Source of the DNA: Hydrurus foetidus | Lineage: Eukaryota | Direction: 5' to 3' | Length of the DNA: 64,000 bases | Assembly (NCBI GenBank): GCA_900617105.1 | Contig: UYFQ01000173.1 | Location: 1 to 64,000 of the forward strand | Translations under genes and position numbers: made by a program | Shown: piece after piece, positions 36,701-49,257 of the stretch | How the letters are laid out: every line of letters begins with the position of its first letter | How positions within the stretch are numbered: position 1 is the first letter of the stretch | Notes under the pieces: model-generated | What the model was told of the DNA's origin: nothing | What the model saw: the letters and a program-made list of their open reading frames with translations, nothing else | Databases searched by the model: none

Positions 36701-39700
36701 CCTCATTCTGGTAACAGTACCATGGCTTATCACAAAATAGACTCAAACAGAGTCGCTAACTGTTCTGATGTCGGATGCTCTAGTCAACCAAACGCCGCTG
36801 GGGTCGAACCTACGCGTAACAGTTGTAACTATGTATCAAACCATAGTGGTGTCATACGTACTCGTACGTACACCCTAGCACATTTATGTGAAATGCCAGA
36901 AGGTACTCCAACAGCTACTACAGTGGAAACACCTAGTGGTATCATAATCTCTTCTGACGAGATAGATAATGATAAGACGGATACATTTCGCCCATTCTTA
37001 CCTGAACGCGTTCAGCAGACTGCTCCGCCTCCAAGGCCAGAGGACTTTTTGTCACAGATAAAAATTGATGGAACGGAACACCAACAATTTCTTATTAGAC
37101 AACTCTGTCTTAAATATGCAGACATATTTAGTGATAAGCTAGCAGTTAAACCGGCTAGACTTCCCCCCTTTGTTATAAAGGTCAATAAAAGGGATTGGGA
37201 ATGTTCTAAAAATAGAACAGCCGTTCGTCTCCAATCAGTTCGAAAAGAACGAGAGATCAAACGTGCCATCGATGAGATGTTGAACTCGGGAGTCATCGAG
37301 GAATCGAATGCGGTTTATTATAGCCATCCTGTCATAGTACAGAGAACAGCTGACTTGTTCAGATTTTGCATTGACTACCGAAATCTGAACAAATGCACAC
37401 AGGCTTCCAGCTGGCCGCTTCCGAACATTCGAGCTCTTTTTGAGAGAATCGGCCATCAACAGCCAGTCATATTCGGAGTTATGGATTTAACTTCTGGTTA
37501 CCATCAGGCACCTATGGATCAAGGATCAAAGGTCCTGACTGCGTTCATTTGTTATTGCGGTGTATACCAATTCACCAGACTCCCCTTCGGTCCTCGGAGA
37601 GCCCCCTCTTACTTCCAAGAGATGATGGCGACTATTGTCCTTAATGGACTCATCTACATTTCTTGTGAGATGTACTTAGACGATTGTATCGTTTTTGCAC
37701 GAGGCCAGGACGAGTTCCTGGAGAGACTAGAACGAGTCTTTCGACGTTTTCGCTGTTTTGGTTTACTGCTTAAAGCAAAGAAATGTAGATTTGGGATGTC
37801 TCAGATCGATTATGTTGGCAGACAGATCTCTTCTCAGGGCATATCAATGTCAAAAGAGAAGATTGAATCTGTCCTAAATTTCCCAAAACCCATGACACTT
37901 ACTTCTTTACGAAGTCTGTTGGGCTTGGCGAATTACTTCAGGAATTTTGTTCCTTTTCATTCCGACATCGTTGCACCCCTTCAGAGGATGATTGACCCTA
38001 AAGGGAGGAAAAAGTCAGCCCTTCAGTGGACTACGGAAGCAGATAAGGCTTTTGTTCTCATAAGACAAGCCATATCCCGCTGTCCGCTGCTACACTTCTT
38101 AGACGAAGTGTCACCCATCGAGTTATACACCGATGCCTCTGACTACGGAGTAGGTGGAGTATTATTCCAAGTAACTAATTCTGTCAAGAATCCAATCTCA
38201 TTTGTGAGTAAGTCGCTTAGCGCAACACAAGTTAAATGGTCTACCATTCAAAAGGAGGCCTATGCAATATATTTTTGCTGTAAACAACTTGACTCTCTTA
38301 TAAGAGATAGAAAATTTATCATCCATACTGATCATAAGAACTTAACCTTCTTAGGTCAAGATCCATCAGCAATGGTAAATAGATGGTCGATGGCTCTCCA
38401 AGAGCTAGACTACACTGTGTCCTATATAAGTGGACCCAAGAACTTCATTGCCGATGCACTGTCTCGGTTATGTCCTAACTTAACACAGTTGGTGATTCTT
38501 GACCCACCTACTAGAGTGGAGGAAATTGATGTTCATATATCAGCTCTACATGAAGTTGCACCTGTTACCGAGTTACAACTCGAAGCTATAGAGATGTGCC
38601 ATAATGCCATGGTGGGACATGGAGGCATTGCTCGTACCCTCGATAAACTGTCAAGTATAGATGAGGAATGGCTCGACATGACATCCCATGTTAGAGACTT
38701 CATCCGCAATTGCGCATGTTGCCAAAAAATGAGTGTGATCAAAATCCCTGTTCACATTCATAAATACACAACGTCTACTTATAGACCGTTTGACACAGTC
38801 AACATCGACTATATTGGTCCGTATCCGGATAATGGATATGTTTTGGTAATGATTTGTTCATTCACAAGATGGACTGAGCTTTACTGGTGTGTTAACAACA
38901 CTGCACAATGTGCATGTGAATGCCTTCTACAATTCTTCGGTAGATTTGGTGCACCAAGCATGATCCGATCGGATCGTGGATCTCATTTCATGAATGAAAT
39001 CATACGTGAGTTCTTACTCCGTACAGGGACCCCCACAACTTAACCTTGGCATACTCAAAGCAGGAGAATGCTATAGTGGAAAGAGTTAATAAGGAAGTTA
39101 ATCGACACTTACGTGCTTTTACATTCCACTCTACAAATCTCGAAGCCTACAGGCTTTGCCTGCCTTTCGTGCAGAGAATTATCAACAGTTCCGTACATTC
39201 AAGTACGGGAGCTTCACCAGCTAGCTTGCTGTTTGGAAACCAACTAAACCTTGATAGAGGTATTCTTGTTAGGTTTCCAGATCAAACACAAGTTCCGACT
39301 CGTTCGTCGAAGGTGATTGCAGACATGCTGCTCATCCAAACGCAACTCAACGATTTAGCGATAAATAAGTTGAAGACAACAGATATTAACCGTGTAGCCG
39401 TTAATACAGAACCTAGAACTATTTTTCCAATAGGTTCGTACGTTCTCACTCTCAACCCTAGAGGTGCTGAGACTAGATTGCACAGTATGTGGCTGGGCCC
39501 ATTTCTTGTTGTAAGCTATGATAAAAGTGAATACACTATTAAAAATCTTATCACGAAGAAAAATCGTGATGTTCATGCAAGTCAGTTGAAACCGTTTAGG
39601 TTCAACCCAACTTCCCAATCACCGACTGACACAGCTCGTCGCGACTACATGGAATTTTTTATTGAAGAGATCGTTTCCCACGTTGGAAATAAAAAGAAAC

Positions 39701-39882
39701 CTTCTACAATGAAATTTTATGTTAAATGGTTGAACTACGATTCAAACCATAATTCATGGGAACCATGGAAGTCCATGCGCGCCACAGATCAACTTCATAC
39801 GTATCTGCGCAATAACAACATGTTGCACGTTATTCCAAAAGAATTTCGAAATATGACTCCCAATACAAGGGAAGAACCGTGA
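33710..39882 (+). CDS. Single-ORF gag-pol with a 1-nt frameshift near 39030; start codon uncertain (first ATG at 34361)
   Basis: CRSCGHTGHEVRLC, LLDTGS, YLDD, TDAS, HHCC, DDE core, GPF, chromodomain FYVKWLNYDSNHNSWE. Confidence 0.95.
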
Positions 39883-39985
39883 ATGATATCTTTTGAAGAT
39901 TACTCCTAAATATTTTTTTTACCTCAATTACTTGAGTTTTTTTTTACGGAGGTTAGTCAGTACAAATCTGACATAATCATTCACG
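39878..39985 (+). ncRNA. Second copy of the structured 3' UTR RNA element
   Basis: Same junction sequences and helix layout as 3392-3488. Confidence 0.75.
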
Positions 39986-40104
39986 AGTACACACACTCTA
40001 CACACAACCCCCCCTTCTTTTTTTCTTTCTTTTCACACATTGTATGGTGTTTTATACATATTTCTGAAAGGAAATAAAAAATGTCATCTAATTTTTGAAA
40101 ATGG

Positions 40105-40250
40105 TGCCCTTCATTATGAAGCGCTAGTTTAGTTACTCTTCCTTCTGAAGCGTTAGTTTAGATCATAAAAATCATTTCTAAAAAAATCATTTTCACTCTT
40201 CCTTAAGAAGCGTTAGTTTACTTGCCCTTCCTAAAAGCGCTAGCCTAGTT
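40105..40250 (+). repeat. Four short repeats with core CTTC..AAGCG(C/T)TAG in the Gypsy B 3' UTR
   Basis: Cores near 40119, 40148, 40208 and 40235. Confidence 0.8.
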
Positions 40251-41489
40251 TATTCATTCTCAAAATTGATTTCAATTTTAGTTAAAATAAGTGGGGGTAG
40301 TGTAGCCGTCTGGGGCCCTCGGGACCTTGGACCCCATTCCGTCTGTTTGGGTTCATACCCAAACACACTGTAGACTTCTAGGTAGACTCCTAGCACCCTG
40401 GTAGGATGTTTCCCTGCTCATATATAGTTCAACAACCCCTGCAAAATCCTACCTTTTTCTAAAGTAAGGTGGAACATCCATCAATTTCCTACGACATAGT
40501 GTGGAATAAAGCGTCGAACAAGGAATTGGACTCATCTGCTGTGCACACACTCATAATCCTTTTTCATCCTCCAACATTGGTTCGCCATACGTTGACTGTG
40601 TGATGTTTGTCATGAAGCACAGTCACGGCTCAGAAGTTCAGCACTTTCTCGTAAGAAGATGTCATATTACAATGTTAATTGCTCAGAACAAGAACATGGT
40701 GCATTATCGCAACCTAACTCCACTATGCCATAGTGGCACCCTTCCTTCAAGTATATTCCCGTTCCAGGCAGTTAAATTGTATCGCGCTACGATCTAGAGC
40801 AGAGAGAAGTATATGTCCAGCGCTATCGCATGGACTGTGATACTAAACTAGATTATGGATGTGGTACTTTGATATCTTACATGCGTATTGATCAGCGCTT
40901 GCTAGTGCACTGACAGCTATCGGACATACACACCAGTGCATACGATTTAAGAACATGTGTGTATCATAGTATTGTATTGAGTTGTATTGGCTCACTGTTT
41001 ATTTGATCGGTCAGTGGAGGAACTGAAGATTATATGCACCATCTTGTGGCTTGTAATCTTCACTTGATACGAAGCATATCGTATCGCATAATATCGTAGG
41101 TATTTACAGAATTCGCTATACGTTTTATCGTCACTTGCATTTCCTTTGCTTCACTCTCTTCTCCTCGAAGTTTGGCGGAATGTCTCGACCGGCGATGGCG
41201 GCGGTAAAGATTTAAGGAGACTTGTATGTGGGAGATTTGGTGCGTGATGTTGGTGAGTTGCACGTGGGAGTTTTCCTGGGTCGTTTAGTGGGCTTATAAG
41301 TAGGGCACTTGGTTGGCGATTTCGTTTTCGAAGACTTGCGTGTTGGAGTCATTGTGGGCGATTTCGATGACTTGCTCTCTGGAACTGTAGGTTTTACAGT
41401 GGTCGGTGTCATCGAAGGTGACGTCATTGTGGGTAACAACAGCAACATTAGTTGCTTTTGCTGAGCACCCAATTATCATATCTCAATGA

Positions 41490-42604
41490 CGGGTATAGAT
41501 CCGATGGGGCATCCATTTCATTCATGAAAATGTCGGCGTCTTCATGCGTAATTGCGGAAGCAACGACAACAAAATCCTCGTGTCCAGGAGTGAGCAGTGT
41601 GATGAATGACCACTTACTGATTCCGCTTTTGGGACAAGGCGGACCGAAAGTAACATCCGAGACAGCTACATTAAACTGCAGTTGATTAGCTGTAACATTC
41701 TTCGGCAACCAATCTGGACCATGAAATCTAATGGCTTTGATTGTTTCATTCTCATTGTCGTAAAGAATGCGATGGGGCAGTGACTTATCGACGATTTCGC
41801 GCAAGAATTCTCCGAGAGATTCTGAGCAATTTGTTGACGAGATTCCCGAAACTTTCTTCGCACTCAAGATCATATTCTCCATGAATGACATAGAGTTGAC
41901 CTATAAAATACTTACATTTTCTTAGTGTTATTGATGTAACACATATTAAATACGCAACTTTACCTGAACCGAAGCCAGTATCACCACTCTTTACTAAAGC
42001 GTGCTTAATCTGCCTTGTTGCTACAGCAGGCATTGTACTGAAGTCGCTGAGCATGACACTTAGATTTGACACAATAAGAGACTTTTTCGCAGGCGACAAT
42101 CCAGAATTGAAAACAAATCCATCATTTTCCATGTAGGGATCTGGAAGACATCGTTCAGAATGTTCATGCTTAAAGTACAACTTTCCATTACTGAACAGTG
42201 TAAATGTTGCTTTGCGTTGATCACTTCGCTAATGATTCTGATGAATCAGAGTGTGTCGTTGAGTCCTTGACCGAGAAAATGCTCCTCTGTATGCACGAAT
42301 CCCTTTAGAAACATACCCGCTCTTGGCAGACCACCTTCTTTTGTCAATCGTACTGCACAAGTGCAGAAGTAACTGATGTATAGTCTTCATTTCTGAATCA
42401 CTGATCTCATCTAAATGGCAACCATCAAGGAGTAGACAGGGTGATCGCTCTATTAATTTGCTGTTCTCAGAAAACTCTTTTAGTGCCCTTCGAATCCTAT
42501 TCTTTGCCACCTCGAACGGGGACGCAGAGCTTATTGCTTCGGACGGCGGCTAAGATAAGGCGCAGATACTGATTTCAGATGGAGCAGCGTCAGCAACTTC
42601 CATT
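41490..42604 (-). pseudogene. Decayed Mutator (MULE)-like transposase, N-terminal part
   Basis: KHEHSERC; AVSDVTFG..FITLLTPGHEDFVVVASAITHEDADIF resembles the start of the MULE catalytic domain; contains stops and frameshifts. Confidence 0.55.
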
Positions 42605-42889
42605 GAACATCTGCGAGGAGTTCCATACGAGCCAACAGTAAAAAAGATTTTCTGAAAGGTGAACCACCTGAGTTACTTCGCTGCGATCAAAACCAGCGGC
42701 GAAGGTACCTCATATACCATCTGTCATCTGTATATAAATGCAGCACTACATTTTGGTCTGGACTTTGGCCTCGTTGGTTGGCCTGGTTGTTCGCTCCGAC
42801 TAGGTATAGAATCCAAGTTTTCACAGGTAGAACGAAGGCAAATGCCTTCGCACATTTTTCGCATGAAGACGAAAGGTGAGGGGTAAATT

Positions 42890-43400
42890 CGTACTTTTAC
42901 GAACCATTTGCTAACGATTTTCCTTCGAATGCCAAATCACGGAAATCATTCGTAAGGGATTTTCCCTTCGAATGCTCATAGTACCAAATCATTTATAAAT
43001 GATTTTCCTTTCGAGGGATAAATTCTTCGAAGCATTTGCGAAGGAATTTTGTCTAGAACCGCCGATCATTCGAAGGATTCCTAGGAGGGAATTCGATACT
43101 GTAGGTTCAAGATTGAGCAACAGACTCGAATGTCGAACTGCACTTGGATTATGAGTAGTATAGATTTAGATATATGACAGTGCTAAGTTGGCATGCAGAA
43201 GAATCAGTTAGATTTTCTGTGTTGCTTAATTTTGCTGCATAAAAGTCATTATCCTTCGCATAAATCAATCAAAAGAAAATTCATTCGAAGAAAAAATCAT
43301 TCGCACTTAATACTGAGATATCGATTATAAATGTTTCGACGGAGCATTTCCAAAGGAAAAATCATTCGAAGGTTACAAACAGATTTTCCTTCATAGGTGG
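42890..43400. repeat. Cluster of short direct and inverted motifs (ATCATTCGAA / GATTTTCCTTCGAA)
   Basis: Roughly ten imperfect copies in both orientations upstream of the MULE-like ORF. Confidence 0.7.
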
Positions 43401-43927
43401 ATTTTTCTTTCATGGAGGAAATAAGCCGGATAAAAAAACCCTGCACCTTCCCATCGTTCTACCTGTACAAATCTTGGATGATAATTTTAATTTTCCGTCA
43501 TGAGTGGGTGACCTCGTAAATCGCGTTTTCCCCCAGATTCACGGGATTTGGGTTACATTAAACAGTGATTTTGACAGTCAGCTCGAAAAAAAACAGTGGT
43601 TGATCAAAGGGGTCAGCTTGGATCTAGGATTGTGAAAAAGTTCCCGTTTCGAGTTTATGCTGCATAAACTTTCCGCAGATCTCTAGGTTTCTGGGTGAGT
43701 CTTGCATTTACGAGTGACACCATTTTTTTTAATAAATGGGTGACACCGTTTATTATTTTTACACCCAGATTTCTAAATATTCATGTTAGGTTTAGACAGC
43801 ATAAAAATAAAAGTGACCGTTTATTATCTGGGGTTTATACCCCAGACACCTATATTTGAAAACCTACATTTGAAAGTTTGAATTTACCTAAGTTATGGCA
43901 TAATCAATTCATAGAGATATCAACATC

Positions 43928-45100
43928 ATGATGACCTTTGATGATGAAGATGATGAGAATGATGAGATGATTGTTGTTCTAACAATTTTTACGGCTGCAA
44001 TATGGTATAATTCTGTGAAGAACAGGTCGAAATTGACCAGAAGTGCGATCTTACAGCCATCAATGAGTCCCTGGCAACATCTTTATGCTAATGGCGACGA
44101 TGCGTCATTCTTGGAGATGACAGGTTTTGATAGAGAGTCCTTTGCGCGCTTAGAAAATTGCCTTTTGGAAGAAGATTTGGGTGAGCGCAGGGCAGGTCGT
44201 CCATGCTCTTTGGATAATTGCGGAAAGCTTGGTCTTTATCTATTCTATGTTGGGTCACAGATGAAGACGAAGCATCTCTGCTTATTGTTTGGGATCATTC
44301 CTACTACTGTGGACATTGTAATTCGCTATATGATGATCCTTTTGTGCAAAAAGTTGAAGAATAACGCCAGCGCAAAAATATCTTTCCCAGATGATGATAA
44401 AATGGCGGAGTTTGCAGCTATGGTGAATATGAGGGAGCGCACAGTTGATAATGTTATAGGTTTTGTCGACGGTCTAAGTCTGGCAGTCCAGTGTTCTGAC
44501 GATGAGCATTTGTAAAATGCTGCATACAACGGGTATAGTCACGACACAACATGCAATAACGTTTTCGCCTTTTCTCCCGAGGGCAAGGTTATATTCTGCT
44601 CCTACAACTATCCTGGCTCTTGGCATGATAGTACAATTGCGCAAGATTTGATCAATGTGATGATCAAAAGGATTGGTCCCTATGCCTTCTGTGTTGATCA
44701 GGGCTTCCCCCGTAGTGGTGACCTTCACGGTAGATTCGTTGGGCCTATGATACGAAGAACGCGGAGAAAACTTAGTCCTGAAATTGCTTAATATCTGATA
44801 CCAATGCATGAGAAATATATTTCCCTGAGACAAGCATCGGAGTGGGGCATGCGCGCGCTACAAGGTACTTTCTCACGCTTAAAAAGTAGACTCACCTCTG
44901 ACAATAAGAAACGAGGCCAAATTATTCTCAGTATTGTATTATTCTTAAGTAAAAAAAAATTATTGTAAGTAAAAATTATTATTCTCAACTTTCGAACTGA
45001 TTTCGTCGGTCTGAATCAGATAGCTGCTGTTTTTAACCCGCATTATAATCAGTACATCAACATGAGCACATACGATCGAATTCACAGATACTTTAATTAA
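43928..45100 (+). pseudogene. PIF/Harbinger-type DDE transposase
   Basis: GFVDG, YNG, NYPGSWHDS, CVDQGF, RQASEWGMRALQG; in-frame stops at 44513, near 44788 and near 44966. Confidence 0.9.
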
Positions 45101-45216
45101 TCAATTCAATTGATCCTGCAGTGACCTTTTTTCCCCTGCAGTGACCTTTTTTGACTTTAAAAGACATGAAAGTGTTGATTTAGAAGACAGTTAACAGACA
45201 TGAAAGTGATAAAAAT

Positions 45217-46236
45217 TTACAAACTAGAAGTGTCATTGTCGAACAAGTTGTCATCAGCAGTTACAGAGCTTCCATCGTAACTTCTACTGCGTGATCGACT
45301 AGGCCAGTCATCGTAGGAAGAAGAAGATGAAGAGGCAGATGGGAAAGCAGATGATTGTGATTGGTTGTTCGCATTCATGTTATGATTGTGAGGTGAGGGA
45401 TGAGTTGGGAAATTAGGCCTCTGATTGGTCATCATCATCATCATCAATTGATTGTTAAATTGCTGCTGTTGCTGTTGTTGCTGCTGTTGTTGGTTCTACT
45501 GTTGCATCAACTGCATCATCATCATTTGCACCATTCCAGGCTCCCCAGATTGCTTATACGTCAGATTACGCGTATATGCATCAGCCATACTGCTCAAGGC
45601 CACGCCGGCAGATCCACGGGGATTGTTACGACAATTTTTGCTTTTCCCTCGCTCCTCTTCAACGGACGACTTCCTTCTCACAGGGAGGGAAGCAGGAATG
45701 GGGGAGGGGGCTCTCGATGCTGCAGCCCTTCTCCGCGCAAGAGGTTGTTCTGGGAGCGGAGCTTCAAGAGGGTCAATGATGGGTGCAATGGGCTCTTCTT
45801 CAAAAAGATTCTCAATGTTCGGTCTCTCAGAGTCATCATGCACGCTGGCATTCAAGATGCCTCCAATGTCAGTGTCTGTTCCCGAATCAGTGTCTTCAGA
45901 ATCACTTGCATCAGTGTCTTTCCCACCCGCGCTTAACGCCGCTGATTTCGCGAGAATCTTTCTCCAGATTGACTGACATCGAGCTACTGACGGTTGAGGA
46001 GCTGCTGAGCCGGTGATTTTTCTTCCATTGTTACATAGACTTCTGTGAGTTTGAAAATGACGCCTGATGTCCTGAGAATCCCTAAGATTCAGTTCCCGAC
46101 TGGCTTCCTGATATCTTTTCGCGACAATCGCCCAGAGGGCGGCGCAATTCGGAAGGACAGCCTCGACGACATTGATCAGTAGCTCGTTTTTGTAGTTTGG
46201 GACACCGACAGCACGACCTTTTGTTGGTTTCATCAT
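45217..46236 (-). pseudogene. Harbinger accessory Myb/SANT-like DNA-binding protein
   Basis: GVPNYKNELLINVVEAVLP..W..RY..R..IRRHF; convergent with the transposase; a TAG lies inside the polyQ tract and the frame continues to 45217. Confidence 0.75.
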
Positions 46237-47399
46237 GATTTACTTGTGGAGTGGATGTCAAATTGGCTTGATTACAAGGCGAAAGTTGTCGACGTGGATA
46301 CCTAGGAGTTTAGGATCCCAGATAGAAATCTAGAAGAGGGGGGGGGGGAGAATCCTCCAAATTTCTATCGGAATCCTAGATTTTGAAGTCTAGAATAGGT
46401 TTAGACAGTCTAGATTTGAGTTTTTTGGGTGTTTTTGTAATCAACGTAATAAGGCCACAATTCAAGGGAATGATCGGATTTCCGCAGAAATCGTGTTTTC
46501 GTGTTTGGGTGCAACGGATAACTGATACAGTGATCCCTGACTTGTTGGAACCAAATCACTTGAAATGTCCTTTATACTTCTAATATAATTCGACTGCCTT
46601 ATCCGAAGGGGCGTTGAGTCACCAGGCGCGCTTTCCTGTGATCAGTGGACCGCTTTGGATGAAGGGTTGAGCTTTGACGGCACAAGCGCTTCTTAATTAC
46701 TTGATAAAGAAATATGCGATGGTAGTTGTGGTGGCAACAGCGACAATTCAATTCTATCTTATCAGTTGACGAATTTAAAACGTGGACGAATTTGTATCTT
46801 AAAACGAATTTGTATCTTTCTGGAAGGATTGTCGTACGCATCACTTCAACGGTATTCAAAACATACACAATACAGGTACGCCATCAGATGGTTCGTACCG
46901 GCGCCGAAAAGCTACCGGCGACCGGTGGCCTAACCACTATACGGCACGAGGCTGGTGATGACGTCACCGTGGAAATCAATTAAATTATAGCGTAAGTACG
47001 TGGAATGCCGAACATACCCCTTGATGCGTGGCATCCGTTAAAGATTATCTCAGGAATTTCGTGGATCCGCGCCCGTAAAAAATCGATGGTGCTTCGGTCC
47101 CCCCCAGTAAAAAAAAATGTTTTCGTGGCCGCGACTATGCGTAGAATACAGCGATCGCTCTCCGAACTTCAGCACAACATACAGACACAGCACGCGCCCC
47201 CATGCCTCTCGAGTGAACTCTTGCACCAGGTGAGCCAATCTTGATAACCTTGTTTCTGTTTACTGGAATATGACAAGCCGCAATCGTCCCGGCGGGAAAA
47301 TATATTTGACAACCCGTGATCTAACATCACCAAGCAAAACCTGGGGCCTGGAAGTCCTGATCCGGTTTCCCTGGTGCAGAGGATTGGGCGGGGTGGCCA

Positions 47400-49257
47400 C
47401 TGTGCTCTGTATGTTGTCCTGTCAGGGAACGACGGAATTTCCCGAAAAGCACCCCGTGTAGAGGCTTCGTTAGGACCATGTCCCCAGTAGGCAAGTACCT
47501 CACATCGATTTCCTTGCTCTCAATGTAATGTGATACGAAGAAATGTCTGATTTTAATGTGCCTGCTTCTCTCGCTTGTTGAGCGCCCCTTCTTCGCTCTG
47601 GTTGTCTTGGAAGATCACTGCAGCTCCGAGGGAAAGTCCGCTAGAGATCAGGTACTCCCTTGTCCATAATACTTGCGACAGTGCATCTGAAATGCCGACC
47701 AATTCCGCTTCTGTGGATGAACTCGTTACGATTTTCTGCTTTCCAGACTTAATATAGATTACGGCATCACCCAACATAATCACAACTCCCGTCACAGATT
47801 TTCCATCCTCGTATATGTCAAAGGAGGCATCCACGAAGACTCTAAGCTGGGTTTCGCGGCCAATCTTGAGGATCAAGTGCTAGTCTTGTGTGTAAAGGAG
47901 GTAGGAAAGTATCCTGTCAACCTTCTTTTCGTCTTCTTCAGTTGGGCAGAGGACCCTAGTTGCACAGAATGACACTGATGTAAGTATATCTCCACGCACT
48001 CTCTTTGCCAGGTAGTGGAGCGTCATTACCACCGAGTGGAATTCCTCTTGCTTCTTCGCGGATAACTTTGGGCTCGTTGGATCGGATTTGAAAAGGTTGT
48101 CCGTTGCAGGCGTCGTGCATCTCTTGACTACATTGTATTTTCTTATGACATCTTTCACATATCCATCCATATGTAGTGTGACTTGGCCTTGCTCCTTGAA
48201 GTCCCAGTGAATGCCAAGGAAGTTGTGTTGCAGACCAGTGTTGGCAGTTACGCCCCCATACTTCTTCTTCAAGGTGTCCGCTATAAAGGTCAGCACTTCT
48301 TCGTCCTTCGATGTGATGAAAAGATCATCGACATATACTAGTATCATATCGATATCCTCACCACGAACTCTTCTAAACGAACATATGTCGTAGGGGTTCT
48401 TCTCGAAGCCCATGCTGTCCAGTGTTGAAGCTAGTCCGTTGTACCACAGGACGGCGCTCTGGATGCAGCCGTAGAGTGCTTTCTTGAGCCGTACAGTAAT
48501 TTTCTTGTCCGTGCGCACGTACTGTCTGTACGTCGGGTCGAGACGGCACATGATCTCTGCAACCTCGGGCGTCAACATCATCTCTACTCGGGGTCCCAGC
48601 ATAATCGCATTGAGATATGCGGCCTTGTGATCCAAGGTCATAACGTGGTGACCTTTGTGTGCCGCGAGTAACGCCATAGCCAACACAGAGGTGAGGGCAA
48701 CTGTAGGAGAGGAGACCTCTTTGTCATGGAACAATGATCGATCTTGCCTGTGCCCACCCGCAACCACACGCCCCTTAATCTTGTCGATTACCCCATTAGG
48801 CAGCTTCTTTGGCGTTAGGAATATCTTCGATGGAATAGCTCCAATAGGCTTGTATTGCGGATCCAAGCATTCCCAGACATCCTTCTGAATACAGTTCTTA
48901 AGCTCTTCCATGGATGCGGCGTCAACCAATGCATCGCCATACAATGACCTCGCTTCCTTCTTTGTAAGCGCCGTAAATATGCGTCGTTCGGGTAATGCGT
49001 TGTGTACACTATAACCTTGATTGATTGAGTTGCGTAACTCGACTAGCTCTTTTGCTTGTGTCAGGACTCTTTCAGGGGAATCATCGACTAATAGAGCTGT
49101 TGTTTCCTGTAGGTCGGGCAACAGGACTGGGTCACTTGCGTCTCCTTCGGATTGTACCAGTTGTGTGGCCTAACTATGGGCTCGGCGGTGGGACTGCTGG
49201 GTCAGGGCGCGGGGGCAAGAGGAAGGCAGCTGTGGTGCTGGTGCTATTGGCTAAAGA
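47400..49257 (-). pseudogene. pol: Copia 2 RT-RNase H
   Basis: KGRVVAGG, KKALYG, YVDD, SSTEAE; contains stops and small deletions. Confidence 0.92.

Larger units (their letters stand above)
33376..40434 (+). mobile_element. Full-length Ty3/Gypsy chromodomain element B
   Basis: Identical 134-bp TG..CA LTRs at 33376-33509 and 40301-40434; PPT AAGTGGGGGTAG; flanks AGCCC/ACCCC. Confidence 0.97.

Noticed and set aside
39878..39985. A true tRNA gene or a hairpin ribozyme
   Set aside because: No D-loop GG, no GTTC, no 7-nt anticodon loop, and the hairpin-ribozyme loop B consensus is absent.
42890..43400. CRISPR-like array
   Set aside because: Repeats are short, irregularly spaced and bidirectional; eukaryotic context with no cas genes.
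44513..47882. Stop-codon reassignment suggested by many in-frame TAA/TAG codons in TEs
   Set aside because: The stops appear to replace different residues (Q, Y, L, R) and co-occur with frameshifts, while host genes end in TAA, TAG and TGA. This is ordinary decay.
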